A DNA stretch of 64,000 bases from NCBI GenBank assembly GCA_964291625.2, contig OZ220089.1, forward strand, positions 4,672,001-4,736,000, read 5' to 3'. The notes below the pieces were generated by a model, which worked only from the letters and a program-made list of their open reading frames with translations, had not been told where the DNA came from and ran no database searches. Numbering within the stretch: the stretch's first letter is position 1; every line of letters starts with the position of its first letter. The position numbers and the translations under genes were made by a program. This DNA is from Candidatus Latescibacterota bacterium (GTDB taxonomy: Bacteria; Latescibacterota; UBA2968; UBA8231). Positions 28,199 through 37,739 of the stretch are shown piece after piece.

Positions 28199-29968
28199 AT
28201 GACGAGAGACCCGCAGTCAGCGGACGCCCGCACCCGGGCCGAGGAGATCGCCCGCGGCCTCTTCCCGCACCAGGTGGAGGGTCTCGCCTTCCTCCTCGGC
28301 CGGCGGCGCTCGATCCTGGCCGACGACATGGGGCTGGGCAAGACCCGCCAGTCGATCCACGGCCTCACCCAGGCGGCTCCCGAGGGCCCCTGGCTCGTCG
28401 TCTGCCCGGCCTCGGTGAAGCGCAACTGGGAGCGCGAGATCCTCGCCGTGCACCCCGGCGCCCGGACCTGCGTGGCCGGGCCCGAGCCGCCCCCGGAGCC
28501 CGGGTACGACGGCTGGGTGATCGTCAACTACGACATCCTCGCCAGGCACGTGGAGGCCCTCCTCGCCCACGGCTGGTCGGGTCTCGTCTTCGACGAGGCC
28601 CACTACCTCAAGAACCACCGCTCCATCCGCAGCCGCCTGTCGACGCGCCTGGTCTCCGAGTGCCCGGGAGACCCGGTGGTCCACGCCCTGACGGGCACGC
28701 CCCTGACGAACCGCCCCCGGGACCTGTTTCCGCTGCTGCAGCTCGTCGACCACTCCCTCGGCCGGAGCTTCCTCGGCTTCGCCCGGCGCTACTGCGACGC
28801 CCACCGGAACGAGCACGGCCACTGGATCACCAGCGGCGCCAGCCGCCTCGACGAGCTGGCCGTGCAGCTCCACGGGATCATGCTGCGCCGCACCAAGGAC
28901 GAGGTGGTCGACCTGCCGCCGAAGATCCGCACCTGGATCGAGGTCGACGTGCCCGAGCGGGTCGTCGACGAGCTGGGCGACCTGGCGCGGCGCTTCGTCG
29001 ACCCCGACTTGGAGCGCATGTCCTTCGGAGGCCGCCAGGGGCGCAACGAGTTCTCGTCGGCCCGCCGGCAGCTGGCCGAGGCCAAGGCCGCCAGCACCCT
29101 GGAGTACCTGCGGGGCGCCGTCGACCAGGGGGAGAAGGTGCTCGTGTTCTCGGGGTTCGCCGAGCCGGTGCGGCGCTTCGCCCGGCACTTCGGGGAACAG
29201 GCGGTGGTGATCAGCGGCGACGTGCCGGCGGCGCGGCGCCAGGAGCTGGTCGACCGCTTCCAGGAGGACGAGGGGGTGCGCCTCTTCGTCGGGCAGCTGC
29301 ACGCGGCCGGCACCGGCATCAACCTGACGGCGGCGCGGCTGGTGGTCTTCAACGACCTCGACTGGGTCCCGGCCAACCACTGGCAGGCCGAGGACCGGGC
29401 CCACCGCATCGGCCAGACCGGCACGGTGAACGTCGTCTACATGGTGGCCCGGGGAACGATCGAGGAGTTCATCCGCGGCCTGCTCGAGGCCAAGGCGCGC
29501 CTGGTGGACGACGTGGTCGAGGGCCGGTCCCTCGGGGAGGAGGCCGGCGGCGACGTGCTCGTCGAGCTGCGGCGGGCCCTGGAGGGCCTGAGGCGGCGGC
29601 TGGGGACCCTGGACCCGGACCGGCTGAGCGCCGGCGAGCTGCAGCGGTTGCTGGGCGAGGCCGGGCAGGAGTACGTGGCCGGGCAGCCGCGGGGGGCCGA
29701 CCCGTCGGCCATGGGCCGGCTCGCGCCGGTCTCGGAGAAGGCGATCCGGGCGCTGGCCGCGGTGCTCGGCGGTCCCCGGCGCCTGGTCTACCGCGTGGCC
29801 AGCTCGACGGACCCGGGTCTCCACTACCGGGTCGAGGTCGTGGGCACCGACGTGGTCTGCGAGTGCAAGGGGTTCTCGTACCGCGGCGCCTGCGCCCACG
29901 CGCGGGCCCTGAAGGAGGCGCTCGTCTCGGGCCGGCCGCCGCCCGCGAGGTTCGTGGCCGTGGAGTGA
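28199..29968 (+). CDS. SNF2-family (SMARCAL1/HARP-like) helicase/ATPase with a C-terminal SWIM zinc finger
   Basis: LADDMGLGKT, VCPASVK, DEAH, LTGTP, LRRTK, QAEDRAHRIGQ; C-terminal CECKGFSYRGACAH. Confidence 0.9.
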   Translation: MTRDPQSADARTRAEEIARGLFPHQVEGLAFLLGRRRSILADDMGLGKTRQSIHGLTQAAPEGPWLVVCPASVKRNWEREILAVHPGARTCVAGPEPPPEPGYDGWVIVNYDILARHVEALLAHGWSGLVFDEAHYLKNHRSIRSRLSTRLVSECPGDPVVHALTGTPLTNRPRDLFPLLQLVDHSLGRSFLGFARRYCDAHRNEHGHWITSGASRLDELAVQLHGIMLRRTKDEVVDLPPKIRTWIEVDVPERVVDELGDLARRFVDPDLERMSFGGRQGRNEFSSARRQLAEAKAASTLEYLRGAVDQGEKVLVFSGFAEPVRRFARHFGEQAVVISGDVPAARRQELVDRFQEDEGVRLFVGQLHAAGTGINLTAARLVVFNDLDWVPANHWQAEDRAHRIGQTGTVNVVYMVARGTIEEFIRGLLEAKARLVDDVVEGRSLGEEAGGDVLVELRRALEGLRRRLGTLDPDRLSAGELQRLLGEAGQEYVAGQPRGADPSAMGRLAPVSEKAIRALAAVLGGPRRLVYRVASSTDPGLHYRVEVVGTDVVCECKGFSYRGACAHARALKEALVSGRPPPARFVAVE

Positions 29969-30093
29969 CGCCCGGCTCGGGCCTCCGGCGCCACCGGCCC
30001 CCGAGCCGGCCTTCGCGCGCGTGCCCTGACGGCCGGCGCGGCCTCGCCGCGGCGCCATCCAGACGGGGTCCGCCGGGGTCGACAGCCCCGGCT

Positions 30094-30834
30094 TCAGGTC
30101 AGGGCGGCTCCCCGCTCCGCCTCGGCCGCCTGCTGCAGGAAGCGGAAGTCGTTGGCCAGGTCGATGAACAGGAAGCCCTCGGCGATCCGCCGCCTCGCCG
30201 CGGCCCCGTCCGCCGCGGGGATGCCCGAGTGGGTTCCCGCCCGGGCGCAGCCCTCGCGGAACCGCTGCAGGGCGGCCTCGTGCTCGCCGCTGCCCGGCTC
30301 CACGCCCATGGCCAGGGCCAGGTCGCTGGGCCCCAGGAAGCCGATGTCGACCCCCTCGACGCGGGCGATCGCCTCGGCCTTGTCGATGCCCTCGGGGTCC
30401 TCGATCTGGGGGATGCAGAGCACGTCGTCGTCGGCCAGGGACCGGTAGGCGGGATCGAGGGTGACGCAGCGGCCGGTGCCCGAGGAGCGCGTGCCCCGCG
30501 GCGGGTAGCGCATCGCCCGGGCCAGGGACTCGGCCTGCTCCGGGTTGCTCACGTGGGGGAAGCAGATCCCCCGGGCGCCGGCGTCGAGGAGCCGGCCGGC
30601 GGTCACCGGGTCGTGGTCCCAGGCGCGCACCAGGGGGAAGGCCCCCCGCGACTCGATGGCGCGCAGGGAGTGGGCGATCGACTCCATGTCGTAGGCGGCG
30701 TGCTCGGCGTCGACGCACAGCCACGGGAAGCCGGCGCCGGCCATGACCTCCGCCGCCAGCGGCGACGCCAGGTTGAGCCACGAGCCCACCGAGGGGCGAC
30801 CGGCGGCCAGGTCCTCGCGGATCGGGTTCCTCAT
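30094..30834 (-). CDS. HpcH/HpaI aldolase family protein
   Basis: VDAEHA, LLDAGARG, YPPRGTR, QIEDPEG, FLGPSDL. Confidence 0.9.
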   Translation of the reverse strand: MRNPIREDLAAGRPSVGSWLNLASPLAAEVMAGAGFPWLCVDAEHAAYDMESIAHSLRAIESRGAFPLVRAWDHDPVTAGRLLDAGARGICFPHVSNPEQAESLARAMRYPPRGTRSSGTGRCVTLDPAYRSLADDDVLCIPQIEDPEGIDKAEAIARVEGVDIGFLGPSDLALAMGVEPGSGEHEAALQRFREGCARAGTHSGIPAADGAAARRRIAEGFLFIDLANDFRFLQQAAEAERGAALT

Positions 30835-31568
30835 CTCGAGCCCTCCATCATCTCCGTCATCCGCCCCGCCACCCACTCGACGGCGTGGTCGATCATGACC
30901 CGGCCCTTTTTGGGGGTGGCGAAGTCGCGGGCGGCGTAGTGGTAGGGCGCGTCGCGGTCGCGGTAGCCCTCGCGCTGGATGTCGAAGGTCTCGGCGTCGT
31001 AGTCGACGCCCTCCCAGTGGACGTTGCCCGGGAAGGCGGCGAGGGCGACGGAGGTCTCGAACTCGGCGGCGTGGGCCGGGCAGTCGCCGGACTCCAGGTG
31101 CTGCTGCACGAACTCCGGGGAGTAGGCCTCCCAGTAGGAGTGGAACTGCACGTCGATGCCGAGCTTGTCGCTGAAGCCGGCGACCTGGTCCCGCAGCGGT
31201 CCGTTGCCGGCGTGGCCGTTGCAGATCAGCACGTGCTCCACGCCGTGGCGGGCGAGGCTCTCGCAGGTGTCGTAGGCGACGGCGAAGAAGGTCTCTGGCC
31301 GCAGGCTCAGGGTGCCGGGCCACTCCATCCAGTGCTCGGAGATGCCCACCGGGATCGGCGTGGCCACCACGACCTTCGGGTACAGGCCGAGGGCCGCCTG
31401 GCAGGCGACGTGGACGGCGCTGGCCGTGTCGTGCTCGATCTCGAGGTGCTCGTTGTGCTGCTCGGTGCTGCCCGTGGGCAGGATGGCGCCCTTGATCTGA
31501 CCCGCCGCCAGACGTTCCCGGATCTGCTTGCGGGTCAGCTTCCACTGTCTCACTTCTCCCGTGATCAT
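30831..31568 (-). CDS. Creatininase family protein
   Basis: GSTEQHNEHL..HD, GISEHWM, NGHAGN, HAAEFETS; stop overlaps the aldolase start. Confidence 0.9.
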   Translation of the reverse strand: MITGEVRQWKLTRKQIRERLAAGQIKGAILPTGSTEQHNEHLEIEHDTASAVHVACQAALGLYPKVVVATPIPVGISEHWMEWPGTLSLRPETFFAVAYDTCESLARHGVEHVLICNGHAGNGPLRDQVAGFSDKLGIDVQFHSYWEAYSPEFVQQHLESGDCPAHAAEFETSVALAAFPGNVHWEGVDYDAETFDIQREGYRDRDAPYHYAARDFATPKKGRVMIDHAVEWVAGRMTEMMEGSR

Positions 31569-31584
31569 CTCCTGTCGCCTTTCG

Positions 31585-31613
31585 TTGACCGTTCTGAGAG
31601 GGCCGCCTATTAT
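31585..31613 (+). promoter_or_regulatory. sigma70-type promoter for the DapA-like gene
   Basis: TTGACC 31585-31590, 17 nt, TATTAT 31608-31613. Confidence 0.55.
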
Positions 31614-31705
31614 GCGAAAAACCCCCGCCCGAAGCGACGGCCCGGAGGATCCGGCGGCCCGGGGGCGGCGGTTCCCCACGCACATCGGTACCGAAGAAGG
31701 AGTGG

Positions 31706-32611
31706 ATGGTGACGCAGGATCTGCGCCAGCAGTTGAAGGATGTGCACGCCTACGCGGTCACGCCCTTCCGCGCCGGCGACCTGCTGAGCGTCGACTGGGA
31801 GGGCTTCGCCGGCAACCTGCGGTTCCTCGTCGACTCCGGCGTGCGCGTGATCAACGTCGGCGGCGGCACGGGCGAGATCGACGCCCTGAGCGCCGAGGAG
31901 CTGGGAAGGCTGGGGGAGGTGGCCCTGGAGACCGCGGGCGACGCGGCCCTGGTGACCCCCACCCTGCCCGGCAACTGCGCCGCCGCCGTGGAGCTGGCCC
32001 GCCGCTACCAGGCGGCCGGGGCCCGCGTCTGCCTGGCCATGCCGCCCTTCGAGCGCAACCGCGTCCCCGACGACCCGGCCGGCGTCCTCGACCACCTGCA
32101 CCTGATCTCCGAGCGCGTCCCCGGCCTGTGGCTGTTCCCGTACAACACCCAGGGCTGGAGCGTCGACTTCTTCGAGCGCCTCGCCGGCATCGACGCCGTG
32201 ATCGGCGTCAAGGACCCGTGCGTCGACGACCATCCCCTGTTCCGGGCGATCCAGCGCCTCGGCGACCGCTTCGTCTGGATCGGCAACAAGCGCCACGACC
32301 CGGGGGTCCTGCACCTGCGCTACCAGGCGGGGATCGAGGGGTTCACCGCCGGCTTCATCAACTTCCTGCCCGGGCCGGAGCTGGAGCTGGAGCGCCTGGC
32401 GCGCGCGGGGGAGTGGGAGGGGATGGTGGAGATCCAGCGCCGGCTGGCGCCGCTGGAGAGGCTGCGGAACCGTTACGGGGAGGCCCTGATCAAGGCCGGC
32501 CTCGACGCCGCGGGTCTGTGCGGTGGCCGGGTGCGGCCGCCGAGGGTCGATCTCGACGACGAGGGGAGAGAGGCGCTGCGGGCGGAGCTGTCGAAGTGGG
32601 GGGTCGGTTGA
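31706..32611 (+). CDS. Dihydrodipicolinate synthase family lyase (KdgD-like)
   Basis: VTPF, GGGTGE, PYN, Schiff-base GVKD. Confidence 0.87.
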   Translation: MVTQDLRQQLKDVHAYAVTPFRAGDLLSVDWEGFAGNLRFLVDSGVRVINVGGGTGEIDALSAEELGRLGEVALETAGDAALVTPTLPGNCAAAVELARRYQAAGARVCLAMPPFERNRVPDDPAGVLDHLHLISERVPGLWLFPYNTQGWSVDFFERLAGIDAVIGVKDPCVDDHPLFRAIQRLGDRFVWIGNKRHDPGVLHLRYQAGIEGFTAGFINFLPGPELELERLARAGEWEGMVEIQRRLAPLERLRNRYGEALIKAGLDAAGLCGGRVRPPRVDLDDEGREALRAELSKWGVG

Positions 32612-32621
32612 GCCGGGGGCT

Positions 32622-33758
32622 TCAGCGCGACTCGATCACCTCGTCGACCTGCTCCCGGAGCCGGTCGAGGACCTCGTCGTAGCCGAAGCGGCCCACCAGC
32701 TCGGGTCCGCGCTTCAGGTTGACGAAGGTCGGCGCGCACCACAGGCCGAGGTCGGCGTCGTCGGTCTCGCCCGGCCCGTTCACGCGGCACCCCATGACGG
32801 CGATGGTGATGGAGTGCATCTTCGCGTACTCGGTGACCTCCCGGACCTTCTGGGCCAGCTCGATGAACGCCTCGTTCTCGACGCGCGAGCACGAGGGACA
32901 GGAGATGATGTTCATCCCCTCGGGCCGGTACCGGGGCACCGACCGGAAGCGGCCGGCCTCGATGTCCTCGAGGATGCCGCGGCCGGTGGCGATCTCCTCG
33001 CCCTTGTCGTCGAAGGGCAGGGTGAGGGAGACGCGGATGGTGTCGCCGATGCCGTCGGAGAGGAGCTGCTCGAAGGCGATGCGGGTCTTGATGACGCCGT
33101 CGGGGGGCATGCCCGCCTCGGTGACGCCGAGATGGAGGGGGACGTCGGGACGCTGTTCGGCGAAGCGGCGGTTGGCGTCGATGACCTTGTTGGGATCGGA
33201 GTCCTTGAGGGAGACGCAGTAGCGCTCGAAGCCGATGGAGTCGAGCATCTCGCAGTGCTCGAGGGCGGAGGCGAGCATGGGACCGATCGAGTCGTCCTCG
33301 GGGAACTGGTCGACCTTGGCGGGATCGACGGAGCCGCAGTTCACGCCGACCCGGATGGCGCAGTCGTTGGCCTCGGCCACCTCGGCCAGGTACGCAACCT
33401 TGTCGCGCTCCGGGCGTCGGCGCTCGTGATGGTAGAGATGCCCCGGATTGTAGCGGATCTTCTGAACGTGGGGGGCCACGACCTCGGCCAGGCGGTAGTT
33501 CTCCTGCAGGTCGACGGAGAGGGGCCGCGTGGCGGACTCGGAGATCTCGGCCAGGGCGTCCGTGTCCTTACGGCTGTCCACGGCGATGCGGATGACGTCC
33601 GCCCCCGCCGCCTCGAGCAGCCGCACCTGCCGGAGGGTGGCCTCGATGTCCTGGGTGCGCGTGGCCGCCATGCTCTGCACGGCCACGGGGTGCCCGGCGC
33701 CGATGGACAGGTCGCCGATGCGCACCGAACGGGTGGGGTTTCTCGGACGCTGGCTCAC
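32622..33758 (-). CDS. ispG: (E)-4-hydroxy-3-methylbut-2-enyl-diphosphate synthase
   Basis: [52 protein letters not shown]. Confidence 0.95.
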   Translation of the reverse strand: MSQRPRNPTRSVRIGDLSIGAGHPVAVQSMAATRTQDIEATLRQVRLLEAAGADVIRIAVDSRKDTDALAEISESATRPLSVDLQENYRLAEVVAPHVQKIRYNPGHLYHHERRRPERDKVAYLAEVAEANDCAIRVGVNCGSVDPAKVDQFPEDDSIGPMLASALEHCEMLDSIGFERYCVSLKDSDPNKVIDANRRFAEQRPDVPLHLGVTEAGMPPDGVIKTRIAFEQLLSDGIGDTIRVSLTLPFDDKGEEIATGRGILEDIEAGRFRSVPRYRPEGMNIISCPSCSRVENEAFIELAQKVREVTEYAKMHSITIAVMGCRVNGPGETDDADLGLWCAPTFVNLKRGPELVGRFGYDEVLDRLREQVDEVIESR

Positions 33759-33765
33759 GAGGGCG

Positions 33766-33794
33766 AGTATAACCGCCCCTCCCGGAAACGACAA
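33766..33794 (-). promoter_or_regulatory. sigma70-type promoter for ispG (probably leaderless)
   Basis: TTGTCG (33794-33789), 17 nt, TATACT (33771-33766), 7 nt, GTG 33758. Confidence 0.65.
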
Positions 33795-33877
33795 GCGACG
33801 AGAGAGCGGACGACCGAGCCCCGGATCCCCTTCCGTTCGGGGCAGGGGACCGCCAGATCGCGGCCCTCGGGAGCCCC

Positions 33878-35029
33878 ATGAGCCCCGGACTCGACAAGGC
33901 CCCGGACCTGCGCAAGGCGCGTCCCCACCTGCCGGAGGAGGACCTGCCCGCCCTCCTGGGCGACTTCGAGGCGATCCTGCGCAGCGGCGTGCTCACCCAG
34001 GGGCCGTATCTCGAGCGCTTCGAGGCTGACTTCGCCCGGGCCGCCGGGGTCCGCCACGCCGTGGGGATGAGCTCCGGCACGGCGCCCCTGGAGGTGGCCC
34101 TGCGGTTCTGGGAGGTGGCCGGCGGCGAGGTGGTGATGACGACCAACACCTTCATGGCCACCGTCCACGCCGCGGTCCTCGCCGGCGCCACGCCGGTGCT
34201 CGCCGACATCGATCCGGGCTGCCTGTCGAGCCGCCTCGAGCAGATCCGCCCTCACGTGGGACCGCGCACCCGCGCCGTGGTGGTGGTGCACGTGGGCGGC
34301 CTCATCGTTCCCGACGCGGCGGAGATCGCCGCCTTCTGCGCCGAGCGCGGCCTGCCCCTGCTCGAGGACGCGGCCCACGCCCACGGCGCCCGCCTCCACG
34401 GCCGGCCGGCGGGGAGCCTGGGCACGGCCGGGTCCTTCTCGTTCTTCCCCACCAAGGTCATGACCACCGGCGAGGGGGGGATGCTGACCACCGACGACGA
34501 CGGCCTGGCGGAGTTCGCCCGCAGCTTCCGCTGCCACGGCATCGGCCCGGACCGGCTGCTGGTGCAACCGGGGGCCAACCACCGGCTTCCCGAGTTGAGC
34601 GCCGCCCTCGGCCTGCGCCAGCTCGCCCGCCTGGAGCAGACGCTGCTGGAACGGGACCTGCTGGCCCGGCGCTACGACGAGGGCGTCGACGCTCTGGGCG
34701 GCAAGGCCACCCGGTTCCCGTCGGCCGAGCCGCCCGCGAGCCGTCACGCCTGGTACAAGTATCCCGTCACCCTGGGTGAGGATCGGGAGCGGGTGACCGC
34801 CGCCCTGGGCGCCCGGGGCGTCCCCGTGGGCAGTCTCTACTGGCCTCCCTGCCACCTGCAGCCCTCCGCCCGCGATCGGCTCGGCACCGGCGAGGGCGAC
34901 TGCCCGGTGGCCGAGGACGTGCTGCGCCGCACCGTCACCCTGCCCCTCTACAACGGACTCACCGGCAGCCAGGTCGACTCGGTCGTGGCGGCTCTCGGCG
35001 AGACCCTGGGAGCGGGCGGCCTCCCCTGA
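33878..35029 (+). CDS. DegT/DnrJ/EryC1/StrS sugar aminotransferase
   Basis: [29 protein letters not shown] (PLP lysine). Confidence 0.93.
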   Translation: MSPGLDKAPDLRKARPHLPEEDLPALLGDFEAILRSGVLTQGPYLERFEADFARAAGVRHAVGMSSGTAPLEVALRFWEVAGGEVVMTTNTFMATVHAAVLAGATPVLADIDPGCLSSRLEQIRPHVGPRTRAVVVVHVGGLIVPDAAEIAAFCAERGLPLLEDAAHAHGARLHGRPAGSLGTAGSFSFFPTKVMTTGEGGMLTTDDDGLAEFARSFRCHGIGPDRLLVQPGANHRLPELSAALGLRQLARLEQTLLERDLLARRYDEGVDALGGKATRFPSAEPPASRHAWYKYPVTLGEDRERVTAALGARGVPVGSLYWPPCHLQPSARDRLGTGEGDCPVAEDVLRRTVTLPLYNGLTGSQVDSVVAALGETLGAGGLP

Positions 35030-35718
35030 TGGCCCGGGTCCTGGCCGCCCACCAGCCGAACTACCTCCCCTGGCTCGGGGTCCTGGCCAGGGCCGTGCAG
35101 GCGGACGTCTTCGTCCTCGCCGACGACGTGCAGTTCTCCAAGCACGGGTACACCAACCGCAACCGCATCCGCACCGCGCAGGGGTGGCAGTGGCTGACGG
35201 TACCGGTGCGCACCCGCGGCCGGGCCGGCCAGAGGGTTGGCGACGTGGTTGTGGAAGAGGGCCGCAGATGGCCGCGCAAGCACATGGAGAGCCTGCGCTG
35301 GAACTACGGCCGCGCCCCCCATTTCGAGGAGCACGAGGAGGACCTGGCCGAGATCTACGGGCGCTCCCACCGGCGCCTGCTGGACTGGAACCTCGATCTG
35401 TTCCGGTTCCTGGCGGACCGGCTCGCCATCGGCACCGAAGTGCGGCTCTCCTCGCAACTGGGCTCCGGGGCCGAAGGGACCCGGCGGATCGCCGACATGG
35501 CGAAGGCCTGCGACTGCGACGTCTACCTGGCGGGGGACGGGGGCTCGCGCTCGTACCTGGACGAGGCGGTGATGCGCGAGGCTGGGGTGGAGGTGCGCCA
35601 TGCCTGCTTCGAGCATCCCCGGTACCCGCAGTGCTTCCCTGGCTTCGAGCCCGGCATGTGCGGACTGGACCTGCTCTTCAACTGCGGGCCCCGGTCGCCG
35701 GAGATCCTCCATCCATGA
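35029..35718 (+). CDS. WbqC-like protein
   Basis: HQPNYLPWLG, DDVQF, NRNRI, WLTVP, NYGRAPHF, LDLLFN. Confidence 0.92.
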   Translation: MARVLAAHQPNYLPWLGVLARAVQADVFVLADDVQFSKHGYTNRNRIRTAQGWQWLTVPVRTRGRAGQRVGDVVVEEGRRWPRKHMESLRWNYGRAPHFEEHEEDLAEIYGRSHRRLLDWNLDLFRFLADRLAIGTEVRLSSQLGSGAEGTRRIADMAKACDCDVYLAGDGGSRSYLDEAVMREAGVEVRHACFEHPRYPQCFPGFEPGMCGLDLLFNCGPRSPEILHP

Positions 35719-36881
35719 CCTCCCGCCTGCGGGTCTGCGTGCTCACCAGCGTCCACCACCCCTTCGATCAGCGCATCTTCTACAAGGAGGCCGTGAGCCT
35801 CGCCGAGGCGGGGTACGAGGTGACCGTCGTCGGGCCCGGACCCGCCTCCTGGGAGGGGGAGCACCGGGGCGTGCGGGTCCTGCCCCTGCCGGTTCCGGCC
35901 AGCGCCCGGAGCAGGGCCGCGCTGCAGGCCCGCCTGCTGGCGGCGGCGCTGCGCCTCGGCGCCGACATCCACCATCTCCACGACCCCGAGCTGCTGCCCC
36001 TGGGATGGGTGCTGAAGGCCCGCGGCCGGCGCGTGGTCTACGACGTCCACGAGGACTTCCCGGCGGCGGCCCTCACGCGGACCTGGGTTCCCCGCCGGGT
36101 GCGCAGGCCTCTGTCCCTCGCCGTCGACCGCGTCGAGCGGGTACTGGCCCGCCGCCTGGACGGCGTCGTCGGCGTCGTCGAGGAGCAGGGCGCCCGGTTC
36201 GGGAGGCGCCCCTTCGTCGCCGCCGGCAACTACCCGCGCCTGGAGTGGTTCCGCCCCCGGGCTCCGGGGGCGCCGGCGCCGGGAGCCGACCTCGTCCACG
36301 TGGGATCCCTGTCCCGCGAACGCGGTGCGCAGTTTCTTCTGGAGATCATGCGCCGGGTGCGGCGCAGCCACCCCCGGGTGAGGCTGAGCGCCCTCGGCCC
36401 CTTCCAGACCCGGGCCACCGAGGCCGAGTTCCGGGCCCTGCTGCGGGAGTACGAGTTGACGGACCACGTGGACTGCCGCACCGAGCGGCTGCCGTACGAC
36501 GAGCTCGGCGCCTTCATCGGCGGCCACCGCGTCGGGCTGATCCCCGGCCAGCGTTCGGCGGCGACCCTGACCCCCTTCTCGCCGACCAAGCTCTTCGAGT
36601 ATCTTGCGTGCGGTCTGCCCGTGGTGGCCAGCGCCCTGCCGTCGATCGAGAGCCTGCGGGAGCGTGGCGAGTGGGGTACTCTCGCCGACCCGGACGATCC
36701 CGGGGACCACGCAAGGGCGATCGCGCGGCTGCTCGACGACCCGCGGGAGGCGGAACGCATGGGCCGCGCCGGGCGTGAAATGGTTGAGTCGGAGTGCAAC
36801 TGGGAGAGGGAGTCCGGCAAGCTGCTGGCCCTGTACGACTCCGTGGTCGGCAGCGCCGGAAGGAGAGGAAGAAGCCCATGA
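35715..36881 (+). CDS. Glycosyltransferase family 4
   Basis: SVHHPFDQRIFYKE, HLHDPEL, YDVHEDF, PTKLFEYLACGLPVVAS. Confidence 0.92.
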   Translation: MTSRLRVCVLTSVHHPFDQRIFYKEAVSLAEAGYEVTVVGPGPASWEGEHRGVRVLPLPVPASARSRAALQARLLAAALRLGADIHHLHDPELLPLGWVLKARGRRVVYDVHEDFPAAALTRTWVPRRVRRPLSLAVDRVERVLARRLDGVVGVVEEQGARFGRRPFVAAGNYPRLEWFRPRAPGAPAPGADLVHVGSLSRERGAQFLLEIMRRVRRSHPRVRLSALGPFQTRATEAEFRALLREYELTDHVDCRTERLPYDELGAFIGGHRVGLIPGQRSAATLTPFSPTKLFEYLACGLPVVASALPSIESLRERGEWGTLADPDDPGDHARAIARLLDDPREAERMGRAGREMVESECNWERESGKLLALYDSVVGSAGRRGRSP

Positions 36882-37714
36882 GAGCGACACTCGCCGCGGC
36901 CGCCGTGTGGACCCTCTGGGCCGCCGCGCCGCCGGCTCCGGCCGCCGCCGGCGCCTGGGCCCAGCCGGCCGGCGGCTACTACGCCAAGGCTTCCGGGATC
37001 CGCTACGGCGCCGAGGAGGTCTACAACGACATGGGCCGGCGCGCGACGATGGGCATGGACGGGGAGCGCTTCGACAGCGTCCAGTCCTTCCTCTACGTCG
37101 AGTACGGACTGCGGCCCCGGCTGACCGTGGTCTCGCAGTTCGGCGCCGGCCGGCTCACCAGCGAGAACCGCCGGGTGCGCCGGGAGCGGACGGCCACGGG
37201 CGATCTCGAGGTGTGGCTGAAGTACCAGACCCTCGACCATCCCGTGGTGGTCTCACCGATGATCGGGGTCAAGGCCCCCATCGGCTACGACGAGGGCGGA
37301 GACCCGCCCGTGGGTACGGGCGACTTCGACGCCGAGGCCCGGCTCCTGCTGGCCCGCTCCCTGTACCCGCTGCCCGCCTACGTCGGGCTCGAGGCCGGTT
37401 ACCGGGTGCGGCGGGGACCGTTCTCCAACCAGCTCTCCTGGAGCGCAGAGGTCGGCGCCACCCCCCGTCCCTGGTTGTTCGCCAAGCTCCTGGCGGGGGG
37501 CACCGACACCCGCACCTCGGGGCCCGGCGCGGATCTCGGCGTCGTCGGCGCTTCCACCCAGGTCTCCGAGGGAGACTTCACCAAGGTCGGCGGCAACGTG
37601 GCGGTGCGCGTCATTGAGGGCCTGTGGCTCGATCTGCTCCACGAGCGCACCGTCGGGGGCGAGAACATCGGGGCCGGAGCCTCCTGGGGGCTCGGCCTGT
37701 CGATCGGCGGCTGA
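36878..37714 (+). CDS. Exported protein, probable outer-membrane beta-barrel
   Basis: Signal peptide ending AAAGA-W, alternating amphipathic strands (LYVEYGL, GDLEVWLKYQ, VGLEAGYR, WGLGLSI). Confidence 0.7.
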   Translation: MRATLAAAAVWTLWAAAPPAPAAAGAWAQPAGGYYAKASGIRYGAEEVYNDMGRRATMGMDGERFDSVQSFLYVEYGLRPRLTVVSQFGAGRLTSENRRVRRERTATGDLEVWLKYQTLDHPVVVSPMIGVKAPIGYDEGGDPPVGTGDFDAEARLLLARSLYPLPAYVGLEAGYRVRRGPFSNQLSWSAEVGATPRPWLFAKLLAGGTDTRTSGPGADLGVVGASTQVSEGDFTKVGGNVAVRVIEGLWLDLLHERTVGGENIGAGASWGLGLSIGG

Positions 37715-37739
37715 CGGCAGAGAGAGGAGGCAAGAGTTG

